Origin: the human T2T-CHM13v2.0 reference genome, Homo sapiens
Length of the DNA: 64,000 nt
Direction: 5' to 3' (one strand)
Assembly: GCF_009914755.1 (NCBI RefSeq)
Contig: NC_060942.1
Part shown: piece by piece, positions 40,922 to 54,440 of the stretch
Numbering within the stretch: the first letter of the stretch is position 1
Layout: each line of letters starts with the position of its first letter
The notes under the pieces: generated by a model
What the model saw: only the letters and a program-made list of their open reading frames with translations
Database searches by the model: none
Told to the model about the DNA's origin: nothing
Translations under genes and position numbers: made by a program

Positions 40922-42208
40922 TTATATTCCCCTACATCGAATCTTTTATTTGAATTTTTCCTTTAAACAGAGAATACAATAAATACATTCACAGCAGTAA
41001 TTATAGCTCTTATTATCAAGGAATCAAAAGCTAAGAATGGGAATTTGTTATTAAATCAATTATGAAAATCCTCTGCTCCCCAGTGAATTCAGGTGCAAAC
41101 AAAACCAACATGAGAAGAAAATCTTGTTTAAGCAGCATCTTATGTAGTGGTTTTCAGAACTGAGAGTTGTTAACGATCACTTGAGATCAAGGAAAACCAA
41201 TTGCTGCAAAAATGACCCTTAGGAATCTCCACTAACACTGGCATGATTTCTCCAATGAATGGAAACATTAATAACTATCTTTCTTAAATAATCCTGACAA
41301 AGGAACTAGATATCTGGCTCTGTAGACAAGACAGGCACATATGCATGGATCCATGATTAATGGTTGAAAGGTAGCACGGATCAGTACAGAAATGTCAAGA
41401 AACCCAAAGTATAATAATTATGCTGAGAATAGCACTAAGGATCAATATGTGTTTTTATCCAGGTGATTAAATATATCTTGAAAATATTGAGCAGAAATAA
41501 TTTTCTCCATTGTACTCACAAAAATGAGGAGGCTTGGGAGACTCCTTTAAAAGCCCTAATGAATAGTACTAGATGTATCTACATGGGGACAAAGGGCAAG
41601 AAATTCAGAAAGCAAAGAAAAACCCAAAACAAAACCACTACATTTACTTATCAGACATCTTCCTGTTTTTTTTTCCATATAAATAGATCTTAGTGAGTGT
41701 CCATTTTTAGAAATGATTAGGATAGAGTAATACATTTCATTTGGAAATCATTTGTTTCTTTTCATCATCCTTCAAGTGAATTTAGTTGATTAATTGTGCT
41801 CATTAATTGTGTTTTATTGGTAGTGGAGGGCCTGGCTCAAGTGTGGGTAGTGAAAGGAAGAGAGGATGGAAGACAGTTGCCCTTCACTGAGCTCGTAGCA
41901 TAGCCCAGCACTGTGTTTGGGAAGTTTGCATAATGGAAGAAAATGCAGGTACCTTTGGTTTACCCACAGAGATAATTTACACATCTGTCTATTAACACAT
42001 GGTAGGTAGTTACATTTAGAGGAAACATACTGCCACATCTGTTTATCCTGTGTCTAAGTAAATCTCTTGGTAATTAGCATCTAAGCCAGCTGAGAGGTAA
42101 GTGGACCAAAGGATTTCATGCAAAAACGTGAACAGTTTCATACATATTGGGTAGTCTGAAAACAAACCAATTAAGTTGCATTTATTTTTAAGTAGAAATG
42201 CAGCTTAC

Positions 42209-42276
42209 AATTTGTAACTGTTGCACCATTTCTTCTCGGTAGGCTAGCTCCCTTTTCATCTGATCCTGAAAATTAT
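42209..42276 (-). CDS. SKOR2: SKOR2 coding exon (68 nt, phase 1-0): NNFQDQMKRELAYREEMVQQLQI
   Basis: Minus strand reads ctctctcctaccag|AT AAT TTT CAG...CAA ATT|gtaagc. The motif FQDQMKRELAYREEMVQQLQI is shared by SKOR1 and SKOR2. Confidence 0.96.
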
Positions 42277-44283
42277 CTGGTAGGAGAGAGAGATAGAGAA
42301 AGATTAACTAAAGTGTAAAATCTACTTTTAGTTTAGCTAGTAAAAACATTATTGTCAGTCCCATGGACAGCCCCCCTACTTTTAAGTATTTTTTTCATAG
42401 GCAAATTATATGCTTGTTTGAAGAATGTTTTCAACACTCTATAATTTAATCAGACTAGACAGTAAATTCTGAGTGTGTCTTATATTTTACAGTATCTCAT
42501 ATTCCATCTAGTATAATCTCTTGCATATGATTACACAGAAATATCCCACACAATCATGTTCTTTAACCTTTGCACACTTGTGCAAATCACAGGTATTGGG
42601 AGCTTCCACTGTCTTCAGAAGTCCAGCAAGAGTGAGTAGGGCAGGCCTCAGATAGAGCTGAGCATGGGAAATGCTGCCCCTCCTGCACATAATACCTTCC
42701 GGGTAAATAAGATGTGAGTCTGTGAAAAATGCCTGCCTGGCTTCACTGCAGCTCATCTCACTCCTAAGAGAGAATACTTCGGCCTGACTCCCCTGTGCAG
42801 CAAACTCTCTCACCCTGGGATCAGCCTTATTTTATGTTCCTCCTTTGTCCTGGTGCCTTTCTACAGACCTTACCTTAATCTGAGAAGAAGAAAACTTTAA
42901 GAGATATTGTCATGCAAAATATTTTTGCTATTCTACATATTGACCATATTTATTGCATTAGGGAAAAAATGACTTCCAAATGTACAGTTTAGTGTTACAT
43001 CTTCTCCACGTGATCCTTTTAAAAGTGTGGACGTGGCTAACTTTGCCTTTTTCTGCACTGAAGGAGAAATGAGCACGATTTCTTATTGAATTTGTGGTTG
43101 ATAGGGCAGCAGCTTGAGGAAACCAGAAACTTCATCATTATCTTTTCTTCTCCTTTTCCTTTCATCTTCACAGCCAACTGGTGTGTGAGTTCTATGTGTT
43201 CCACCATCATATTCTCCCCTCTTTGCCATTGTTACCTCCCACGTGCAGGCACCTCATCCCTGAATCATTTTCCGACTGACCACCTGCCACCAGTCCCTTT
43301 CTCTCCAAATACCTTTAATTCCCTGCTTAAAAATCTCCAATGGCTTTCCAACACTTTCAGGATAGTAAATCCTTTACCACTCATGAGACTCTGGGTACTT
43401 AGAGATGAAAAGGCTTTGTTCTTTTTATTTTTTTCAACTTCTACCTTTTCATACTATTTGAATTTCTTATCCAACCCCAAACATGTGTTCTAATTAATTT
43501 TTTTAAAAAGACCCAATCCCTACTGTCACCTCTGATTTTGATGTCAAAGTCACTGTAATAGAGGGAAGTATGTGGTGCCATGCAAAGATTGAGAGAAGAG
43601 CTGTCATTCATTCTGGGAACATTAGAGGGGAGAGCTGCTTGAGCAGACACGTGGAGAACAGCATTCTACATAAAGACATGGAAGGAGGAGAGGGGAACTG
43701 CATATGGCTCAGCTGGCTGCAGCCGAGGGCACGGAGGAAATCCCCTGCACCACACCAGCCACCAAACCACTCTCCAGTCCTCAACTATGCATTATACTTC
43801 CAGCCTCTGTGCCTTTGCCCCTGCTGTGGTCTTGCCCTTGCAGCAAACAACTGCCTTTTCTTTAAAGTCCAGTCCAGATGCTACCTCCTCCAGGAAGTCT
43901 TCTCCAATTCTGCAGCCCCTCCTGCCAGAATTATTTACCCATTTTTTTTTGTACTTCTCCAGCACCCTGTCCAGACCTGTATTAATGCATCCATAATACA
44001 TGCTATGATTAGTTGTTATCCATCTGTCTCCCTGCTAAACAGTTGAGTTCTTAGAGGGCAGGAAGATACGTTTAGACACTTTAAAAATTTTTAAGGCCTA
44101 CCACAGTGCCTGGCACACGGCAGGGGCTAGCTAATAAACGAGGAGTAAAAACACACAGAATTATCCACCAGCAGGTTGAGATTCTGCCATCTATAGTAAC
44201 TACCCCACTCTGGAGCCTCAGACCTTTATCTAAAGAAACAAAGGTGTGAAATAATGTGCTCTTTCAGGTGTTTTCTTGCTCTA

Positions 44284-44637
<354 letters not shown>

Positions 44638-45199
44638 TCATGCACCCACTTGTCTTTCCTGTGCAGGGGAAGTGAGGGAAAGATTTTGATTTACACCAGT
44701 AACAATTAGGCGAAAGGTACCATGTGAGGAGCTAGCATCCACCTCACCAGGTCAGGATGCTCTAGAGGTGGGTCTAAGGGTACAGGGCAACAGGGGAACC
44801 AGCCCTCCACAAACTGCCCTGGTTCCAACACTTGGTCCTGCGCTGTGGCCCGCAGGCCTCCAGGAAGATCAGTGTGGTTCCAGACACTGGAGCACATGGC
44901 AAGCATGGCTCCCTTTGTGAAGAAGAAAACTTTCCTCTGAGCCTCTAGGGATCCAAGATGCCTTTGACCAGGGTGGTAAACTAAGATGAATTAGGAAGGA
45001 GGGGCTGCCTGAAGCCGACCAGGCTGGAGCACTTCCCTGGGATCACAGAAGATTCTAATTTTAGAGGAGGGAACAGCTAAGGGCAATTCAGAGTGGAATG
45101 ATGAAAACTAGTCCTAACTTAACTCATGCTCATTTTTCTATGATAGTACACTTAATATAATTCCTTAAGTTAAAATGAAAAACAAAAAAGAAGCCATTA

Positions 45200-46100
45200 A
45201 AGTATTCGAAATAATGGCAAATTTTTTTTTAAGATTGGAGTGGGGAAGAGCATAAAAGGCAAAAACTGAAAAGGAAAAGACTGGTTGATTTGATCAGACA
45301 GAAATTTAAAACTTTGGTATGCCAATAAATTACAAACAGATTAAACTCCCCAAACATAAAACACCATAGTCAACATTTAAAGGTAATTGATACAAACCAA
45401 AAAATACTTGCAACATGTCAAAGAATTAACATTTTAGTATAAGAGGGTTTATACAAATCAATAAGAAAATGAACACATCAACAGAAATATGGGGAGAGAA
45501 TATAAATGGGCATTCACAAAACATATGAAAGGATGCTAGACACATGAAAAATGTTCAACATCACCAGCAATGAAAGAAAAGGAAATAATATGAAATACCA
45601 AAATTTCCTCTTAAGTTGGCAAAGATTAAATGAAGAGATGATACATGCTGTTCCAAAGATGGGAGCAGAAATTAGTTGAAACTTTCTGGAAAGCAACTTG
45701 AAATTATATGTTAAGACTTTTAAAAAGTTCATACCCTTTAACACAACAACACTTTTAGGAGTTTAACCTAAGGAAATACTAGTGGATACATGCAAAGACT
45801 TAGTTACAAGGGTGTCCATTATCTAAAACTTGGACAAACCTTAATGTCCAACATAACAGTATATTTATACACTGCTGTGTAGTAACAGAACGAGGCACAT
45901 TTTAGCTAAAACAAAAAGGAAGTAAAAAATGTTGTGTATTACATTTCATTTTGTTTTATAAAAGCATTTAACAAGCATTTAAAAAGGCTGAAACTCCAAA
46001 ATGTTAACATTGGTTATCTCTAGGTGGCAAGATTATGGGTGATTTTTGTTTCCTTTCCTTTTTATTTCTGCATACTTAAAATTTTCCACAACAAGGATGT
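45200..46100 (+). mobile_element. Ancient L1ME-type 3' fragment
   Basis: L1M 3' motifs acatgaaaaatgttcaacatcac… and aatgttaacattggttatctctaggtggcaagattatgggtgatttt. Confidence 0.7.
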
Positions 46101-46113
46101 GTATAGCTTTTGA

Positions 46114-46471
<358 letters not shown>

Positions 46472-46872
46472 ATATTTTTTCTATGTTCTAAAGGTTGATG
46501 AAGACAGAGTTTAATTGGAGATGGAAAAAATCATTAAGCCAACTTCTGTAATGAGAATCACTTATAACCCAACTATTTTTGGAAAATGATAATACGAAAG
46601 GAAGTAGCAAAGAAGAGCACTGAAGTGCAGCATGTCAGCCAACACAACAGCAAGGCTGCACACTGCAAACTCAGACAGCTGGAAAAGCCAAAGGGTTTTC
46701 CAAACAGCAATAAAAAGTATCTAGCCTACATTCCTAGAACCATAAGTAAGAAGACAAACCCATAGGGTACATCTGGTTCACATCTGGTTCACCTGGAATG
46801 TTCTAAGCAAGCAGTGGGCTTTGGGGTTCAATTTGTTTACAAATGTCTTCATTTTGTTATCTCTATTTTTAA

Positions 46873-47185
<313 letters not shown>

Positions 47186-49394
47186 AAAACTTAAAAAAAA
47201 ATTTTTTTCATAGCCATCTTCTACTGAAAGGAGTTTAATCTGTACAGTATTTTGGAATCTGCCCTGCCGCCCCGACCCTGCACTTCATCTCCCAGAGTAT
47301 GCTACAAAAAGAAAGAAGAAGGAAGGAAGGAAGGGAACCACTGAACATAAAATGAATTCAATAATGGCCACAGATGAAAGATGCAGACAACCATATTCAG
47401 GGAGATGAGATGTAGTTTGTTTTTAATAACAAGGACTCTTAACAGTAATTTGGAAGAGCAATTTTTTATAAGAATCTAAAATGATGACATTTTAGATGAA
47501 ATCTAACATTTTTCATAAAGCCCCATTCATTAGTGCTTTCCTGTAATAACCAACTGGCCTTTCCACTCAGTTCTTGTAAGTGCCATGAATTTGTCACTAG
47601 ATCTGCAAATCTAAGGATTCAACTCATGAGCCCTGGATACTCACCTTTATACAAGTCTTCAGTGATCCAATTCCATCCTCCATTGTCAGTTTTAATCTCT
47701 TTGGGTATAACCCCAATGTTCCTATCAATCATTTATTGAGAGTATGCTACGTACCCACAATATGCCAGGTGCTGCAGGTGGCAACAGAAGAACATTCTGG
47801 GTAGCTCTTCCCTGAATCTATTTACAATGTGGGTTGGGGGAGTGGAGAGTAACACGAGTGAAACAGAGGAGGAGTCAACACAGAAAACTCATGGTACTAG
47901 AAATGAACACAACAGGACTTCAGAAAATCGTGCCTGCTGCAAGAGTGGAAAGGCTTCTTGGATGTGGCAAAACTTTAGCTGTGCTCCAGATAAGAAGGAG
48001 GACTTGGATGAGGGGAGGCACTCTGGACTAGAGGAACACGGTGTGCAGAGGTGGAGGGAGAGGGGTGAGAGTGGTCTGCCAGGTAACTGGAGCTGAGCCG
48101 GGGGAGAAGCAGAAATAAGGGTGGAGAGGTTGCGGGAGGGGCACACAATTATGACAGGTTTTGAGAGTCAGTTAACTTAGATATACCATGATACACAGTG
48201 CAAATCGTTCTAGCTTCTTGAGGTGAAGATTTTGTGCCAAATCTAGAGTTTTAGGAAGACAGGGCTAAGAGCAGCAGGCAGAAAGGGCTGGAGTGGAGAA
48301 GGGAGGTGAGGATGCAGGCCACCCTGCTGGTGACGGCCTTCTCCATTCATTGCCACCTTTAGCAGGTCCCAGGTTTGGGGCTAGGCTCTGAGGTTTTAAG
48401 ATGGCTAATGGGAAGAAATAAAAATGAATAAAAACTACAGCAAAACGATGAATGCTGTAATAAAGGAAGGCATAGGGTGCTGGAGGAAAAGAGAGGAAGA
48501 AGAGATACAATTGCTGGGGAAGGTGTACATAATGCAGTGGCAAACATAACTTCTGGATTTACAGCTGCAAAAATGATCAGACCAGTGTGAGTGAGGGAGT
48601 TTGGAATGGTGGAATTGGGAGTTACCTTTAATAATTTAACCTGTCCAACTGAACATGATTTTCATTGCAAAACATGTTTGACCAGCCATCCTATTGTCAT
48701 CTCAAAGTAACCTTGATAATGGTGGGGCCCCTCCTAATCCATTTCCCCAAACACCTACTCCCACTCAATTCCAGCTTCTCCTTTTTCCTTAGTATATCCT
48801 CCCTACCTCTCTGTTGTGTCCTACCCGGTTCGTTGATTAAACTTATTGTTTAGTATTAAAACAAGTTTCACTCCCTGTTCCTCCCTCTATAGTGACAGCT
48901 CAATAAACCTTTACAAGTTCTGGTTTCTTACATTAGCTGGTTTACTATACAGTCACTACAAGAATGTCAGCATCAAACTTTAAAACAGTATATAGTAGCA
49001 ACAACTCACATTTAATAGTAATTACTATTCATTTGTCACTATGCTAAGCACTTCATGCCTTTCACTCATTTAATCCTCTCCACAACCCCAAGAGGTAGGT
49101 AGTAGTATTGTTATAGTGTTGAAAAGAGATCAGGGAATTTTCCTAAGGTTACTCAGCCAGTGAGTAGAGCAGTCAGCATCCACACCTGGAACCCTCTCTA
49201 TGACCTGCCATACTTCTCTGCCTCTGCTGTAATGGCAAATGCCTGCCTTGCCTTGCTTTCTCCTCCCCAGATTTCCCCATCAGGGCTATGCATAAGTATC
49301 AGTGGAGAGCAGCTCTGGAAGCCTCTGTTCCAGCAAGCGCAGAGACTTGCTTGTTTCTCTTCCTCCTCCCAACTGCTGCTCCCCAAATGTGGAG

Positions 49395-49510
49395 ACTTGT
49401 TTCTTCTCCTCCATCTTCCTCCTTCTTCCTCCTTTCCTGCCTCTTCCTCCTCCTTCTCCTTTTTCCCTCTACCCTTCCTCCTCCTCCTCCTCCACCTGCC
49501 CCTCCTCTCT
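49395..49510. repeat. Polypyrimidine (CCT/CTT)n low-complexity tract
   Basis: Nearly pure C/T over ~110 bp. Confidence 0.9.
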
Positions 49511-49589
49511 GTTATCTTTATTTGTACCCTCTCCATTCTTACGACCATTCCTGTGGTCCTCATTAACCCTTGGAACCACGACAAGAAGC

Positions 49590-49592
<3 letters not shown>

Positions 49593-49620
<28 letters not shown>

Positions 49621-49895
49621 GGAGACGGAGTCTCCCTGTGTTGTCCAGGCTGGAGGGCAGTGGCGTGATCTCGGCTCACTGCAACCTCTGCCTCCCGGGT
49701 TCAAGTGATTCTCCTGCTTCAGCCTCCTGAGTAGCTGGGATTCATACCACCACACCAGCTAATTTTTTATATTTCTGGTACAGACGAGGTTTCACCATGT
49801 TGGCCAGGCTGGTCTCAAACTCCTGACCTCAAGTGATCTGCCTGGCTCAGCCTCCCAAAGTGCTAGGATTACAGGCGTAAGCCACTGTGCCTGGC
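49593..49895 (-). mobile_element. AluS
   Basis: Reverse dimer with TSD agaagccaa. Confidence 0.92.
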
Positions 49896-51621
49896 CAGAA
49901 GCCAAAAATTTGGACCCAAGTTTAGAAATGCTTTTCTAGAGCTCAGTGCTGTTCCTCTCCTTTTCTTCTTTCTGCTTCATAATCACCATCATAATTGCAC
50001 TTATCCTGTGCCCAGCATGTGCACAGCACTTCACATAGGTCTCTCATTCAGTCCTCTCATTCTTCTAAGCGACAGGAATTATTTGCCCCATTTTACAGTT
50101 TCCAAGGTCATACAACCAGCAAGTAGCAGAGCCTGAAAGTGAACTCAGGTCTGGTCGATTTTTGAGCCTAGATTCTTAATTCTCACATGCTACAGCTCCT
50201 AGCCTAGGTCCACAGTGCTCTAAGTGAACTGGATTTTAAGTGTGGTGACTGTGAGCATCTGTTCACCTCCTAGTAAAAAGCTTTGCAAAACTCTCACGAG
50301 AATTCCTCTATGCTTCTTTCCGATGAGGCTTTGCAAATCTTGGTTTTCCCCTTTTCATCTGAGTGAATCTAAATCTGTCCCCTAGCCTCACGGCCCCTCA
50401 CATTTAGTTAACAAGCACATAATGTGCATTTGCTATTTTCATCCGTGTGAAATTGACTGCCTCTTTGTGGTGTATCTAAACCACGCATTATTTAAACTTG
50501 GGCACACACATGCCACTTCCTTGGTCAGTGGAGTATGTTGCAGATAAAAAAGAGGAAAATTTTTTTTGTTACTGTTTAATTGAAGTGTTTCATACATGTG
50601 GCAATCACAGAGGATACATATTAGTGCACATCAAAATGATGAATGAGAGGTCTGAATTGAAACTGGCCAGTACTGTAACATTCTAACATTTTGTTTAACG
50701 GAAACATGTACTACAGAGCAGTTACTATGAAAAATATAAATTATTATGGATTACTTAATTCCTTAGAATGAATATGAATTGGCTTTTATTAATGGGATGA
50801 ATTATGACTACAGAGGTTTCATAGGGAGTTAGAAGGGCATGTTAGGGATTCAATGGGACTTGGACCCACTCTGCTAGATCTAAAAGCAGGGACTTGCAAA
50901 CTCAACAATTAGATAAACATCAGCTATTGGGAAAACGTATTCAATGCCTCTCATTGGGGGCAAGGAACTGTGCAGTCTTTCTTAAGATACAGTTTCAAAA
51001 GTTAGAGAATCCTAGATCCTTTCAAAGCACCTGTTTCTTATGGTTTCAAAGATATTTTAAATGTTTCTCCTTTTCTCAAAGCTATAAGTATCACAATATT
51101 CCTAATTATGCTATCAAAAGCTATTGGCCATTCTCCTTCTTTCAGTCTCATTCTAAAGCCCTGCAGGCATTCTCTGAATTCAAAATAACTGAAGTACCAT
51201 GAGCTCCAGCCTCCTTTGGAGTATGCAGAGAGGACACACTTTGCAGACCCTCCCATTCCTTGTGGTCAGAGTTCTCTTCCATCATGCAGTTACCTCTACA
51301 TTTTGAATCCTCACTAAATGTTCTGGTCAAATTTAGTTTGACATGTTACCAGGAACCTGGTGCTATTCAAAAATGCTACCTAAGTGTGTCATTCAGTTGT
51401 GCCAGTGATTACATTTAGGAAGCCCTAATGAATGAAGACCTTCAGGCTGACATTATTGAAATTATCATAATTATTTAAAAATCTTCCAGATGCTGATACA
51501 GGAATCATCTGGCACAGGAATTGCCAACTTGAGTTTTGTGATTTCTGGATTAATAACAAGAAGCATGCTGACATTCTAAAAAAGTGCCCTGGAAAAAATT
51601 AATTTTAAATATATATAATTA

Positions 51622-52017
<396 letters not shown>

Positions 52018-52724
52018 CTACTGGGATGTATTTGTCCAGATGTGACCCAGACCAGGGCAGGTGAATTTTAAAAATCTGGACACCTACCATAAAGTTTTAG
52101 GAAATTCCAAGACTCTGGGAGTAGAACTAACAGTTTTTAGGCTACAATATCTCCTGCCTCTAAATTCAGAATGGAATTTTAACATTAAATATGGATGGGA
52201 AATCTAAAACTACTAAAATTATAACAATTTCATTTAATAAAATAGATTGTGTATACTGAGCCTTTAAAGTTTAGATTTTCATATTTATACATATCTCAAG
52301 CATCAGGAAGCTATCCGGAACAATCTGAGAATGAAAGTTAACTTTTTCTTGTTTTCCCTACTTTAGAGAATGTAAATACAAAGTAGTTCTTTTGTTTTAA
52401 AATCTATAATCGAACTATATCTAAATATTTAAATATATTTACATATTTAATTATATATTTACACACATTTTAAAATACGTACAACATGCACATACAGATA
52501 CACATATATCCATACACAAATACCAAAAGGTTCTTGGAAGAAATTTTATCTGTGAGTCAATTCAAAGCCTAAATAAAACTAAAATTTATGAATATTTAGG
52601 CAGACCATGGGAAGACTGTGTGTGTTTTGCACAATCGCTTAATACTTAGAATCACATTCTTAAGCCTAATAATAGAAACGTAATCAATTATCATAAATAC
52701 AATGAAATAAAAGTGATTTCTTAC

Positions 52725-52823
52725 TGAATACTGGGAAAGATGTGTTTCCTTTTAACACCTGGAATTCTTGTTCCAGTCGTCTCCGTAAATCTATTTGTTC
52801 AAATAAAACCTTCTGAAGTTCTT
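52725..52823 (-). CDS. SKOR2: SKOR2 coding exon (99 nt, phase 1-1): EELQKVLFEQIDLRRRLEQEFQVLKGNTSFPVF, coiled-coil
   Basis: Minus strand reads ttttttattag|AA GAA CTT CAG...GTA TTC A|gtaaga. The frame is open and the heptad-like peptide is typical of the SKOR/Fussel C-terminus. Confidence 0.95.
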
Positions 52824-53200
52824 CTAATAAAAAAAAGAAGAGTCATTTTACTAATCTTTACAAATAACTCTCCAGAGAACTGTTATATATGGCAATTTAT
52901 TATTATAAGACAAAATATTTTACCAGTTTAAAAAGTGTTGCATAGACATAGGATAGATTTTGTGCAGAAATCCATGAATATAAATCAATGTAATATATTA
53001 TTTTAAAGTATTATATTACAGTGTCATGTATTGATTGATATGTATGCATTAATCTCAATTATATCCACCCAATGGTCCATATATTATTCATATGTTGCTT
53101 GTCAAGCTAAAAATATGGTGTAGAACAAAAATATCCTCCTATTATCTCCACAGTCGTTTAAAGCTAAGAGAAGTTCTACAGAATTGAAACTTTCATTTAC

Positions 53201-53266
53201 CTTTCCCCATATTTTCTACATCCTTTTTCAGTGAATGAGGTGAGTTGGTTTCTTGTGTATGTTCAC
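53201..53266 (-). CDS. SKOR2: SKOR2 internal coding exon (66 nt, phase 1-1): (G)EHTQETNSPHSLKKDVENMGK
   Basis: Minus strand reads ttttttaaaag|GT GAA CAT...GGG AAA G|gtaaat. It joins in frame with the next three exons, and the peptide is recognised as the SKOR2 C-terminal region. Confidence 0.93.
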
Positions 53267-53685
53267 CTTTTAAAAAAGCAGGAAAAATACTATTAGTTTT
53301 GTGTAGGCTAGTTCTGTAAGTTTTCCTTTACATTTTCTTTTAATATCTGCAAAACAGTTTATTTAATATAACCTGAAATTGGAAGTCCTCATAACCAAAT
53401 GTTGTCCTCATTTATTCGCATATAATCCTCCTGAAACACGGAGGGGAGGTGCAGAAAAGGAGGGCAGAGCCTGCCTGGCCTGTGATGGCAGCTCCCGAAA
53501 AGCAGATTCTTGAAGTTATTCCCTCTCCAACCCCCTACCGCCATCCATCTTTACAAGGAAGGAAATTGCTAGAATGGGCAAAAGAGGAGTCTGGATAGTC
53601 AAGATTTCTGGTAGAAATCTGATTGGAGTCCCACTGCTCCTTGAAGGGAGGAAGCTTGGTTTGAATGGAAAGGTTCTCAAGACTA

Positions 53686-54123
<438 letters not shown>

Positions 54124-54134
54124 ATCAACTTAAA

Positions 54135-54440
54135 GCTAGGTGTGGTGACTCACATCTGTAATTGGGAGGCTGAGGCGGGAGGATTGCTTGAGGCCAGGAG
54201 TTCGAGACCAACCTGGGTAACATGGCAAAACCTTGTCCCTACAAAAATAGAAAAATTAGCTGAATGTGGTGATGTGCACCTGTAGTTCCAGCAACTTGGA
54301 GGCTAAGGTGGGAGGATCACTTGAGCCCAGGAGATTGAGGCTGTAGTGAGCTGTGATTGCACTACTGCACTCCAGCCTGGGTGACCCTGTCTCAAAAAAA
54401 CAAATAAATAAATAAAATAAAAAGTAAAAAAAAATTAAAA
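54135..54440 (+). mobile_element. AluJ-like, tandem to the preceding Alu
   Basis: Dimer with TSD aaaaatcaacttaaa. Confidence 0.88.

Noticed and set aside
49160-49755. Overlapping 142-185 aa ORFs on both strands
   Set aside because: They are artefacts of a stop-poor (CCT)n tract joined to an Alu.
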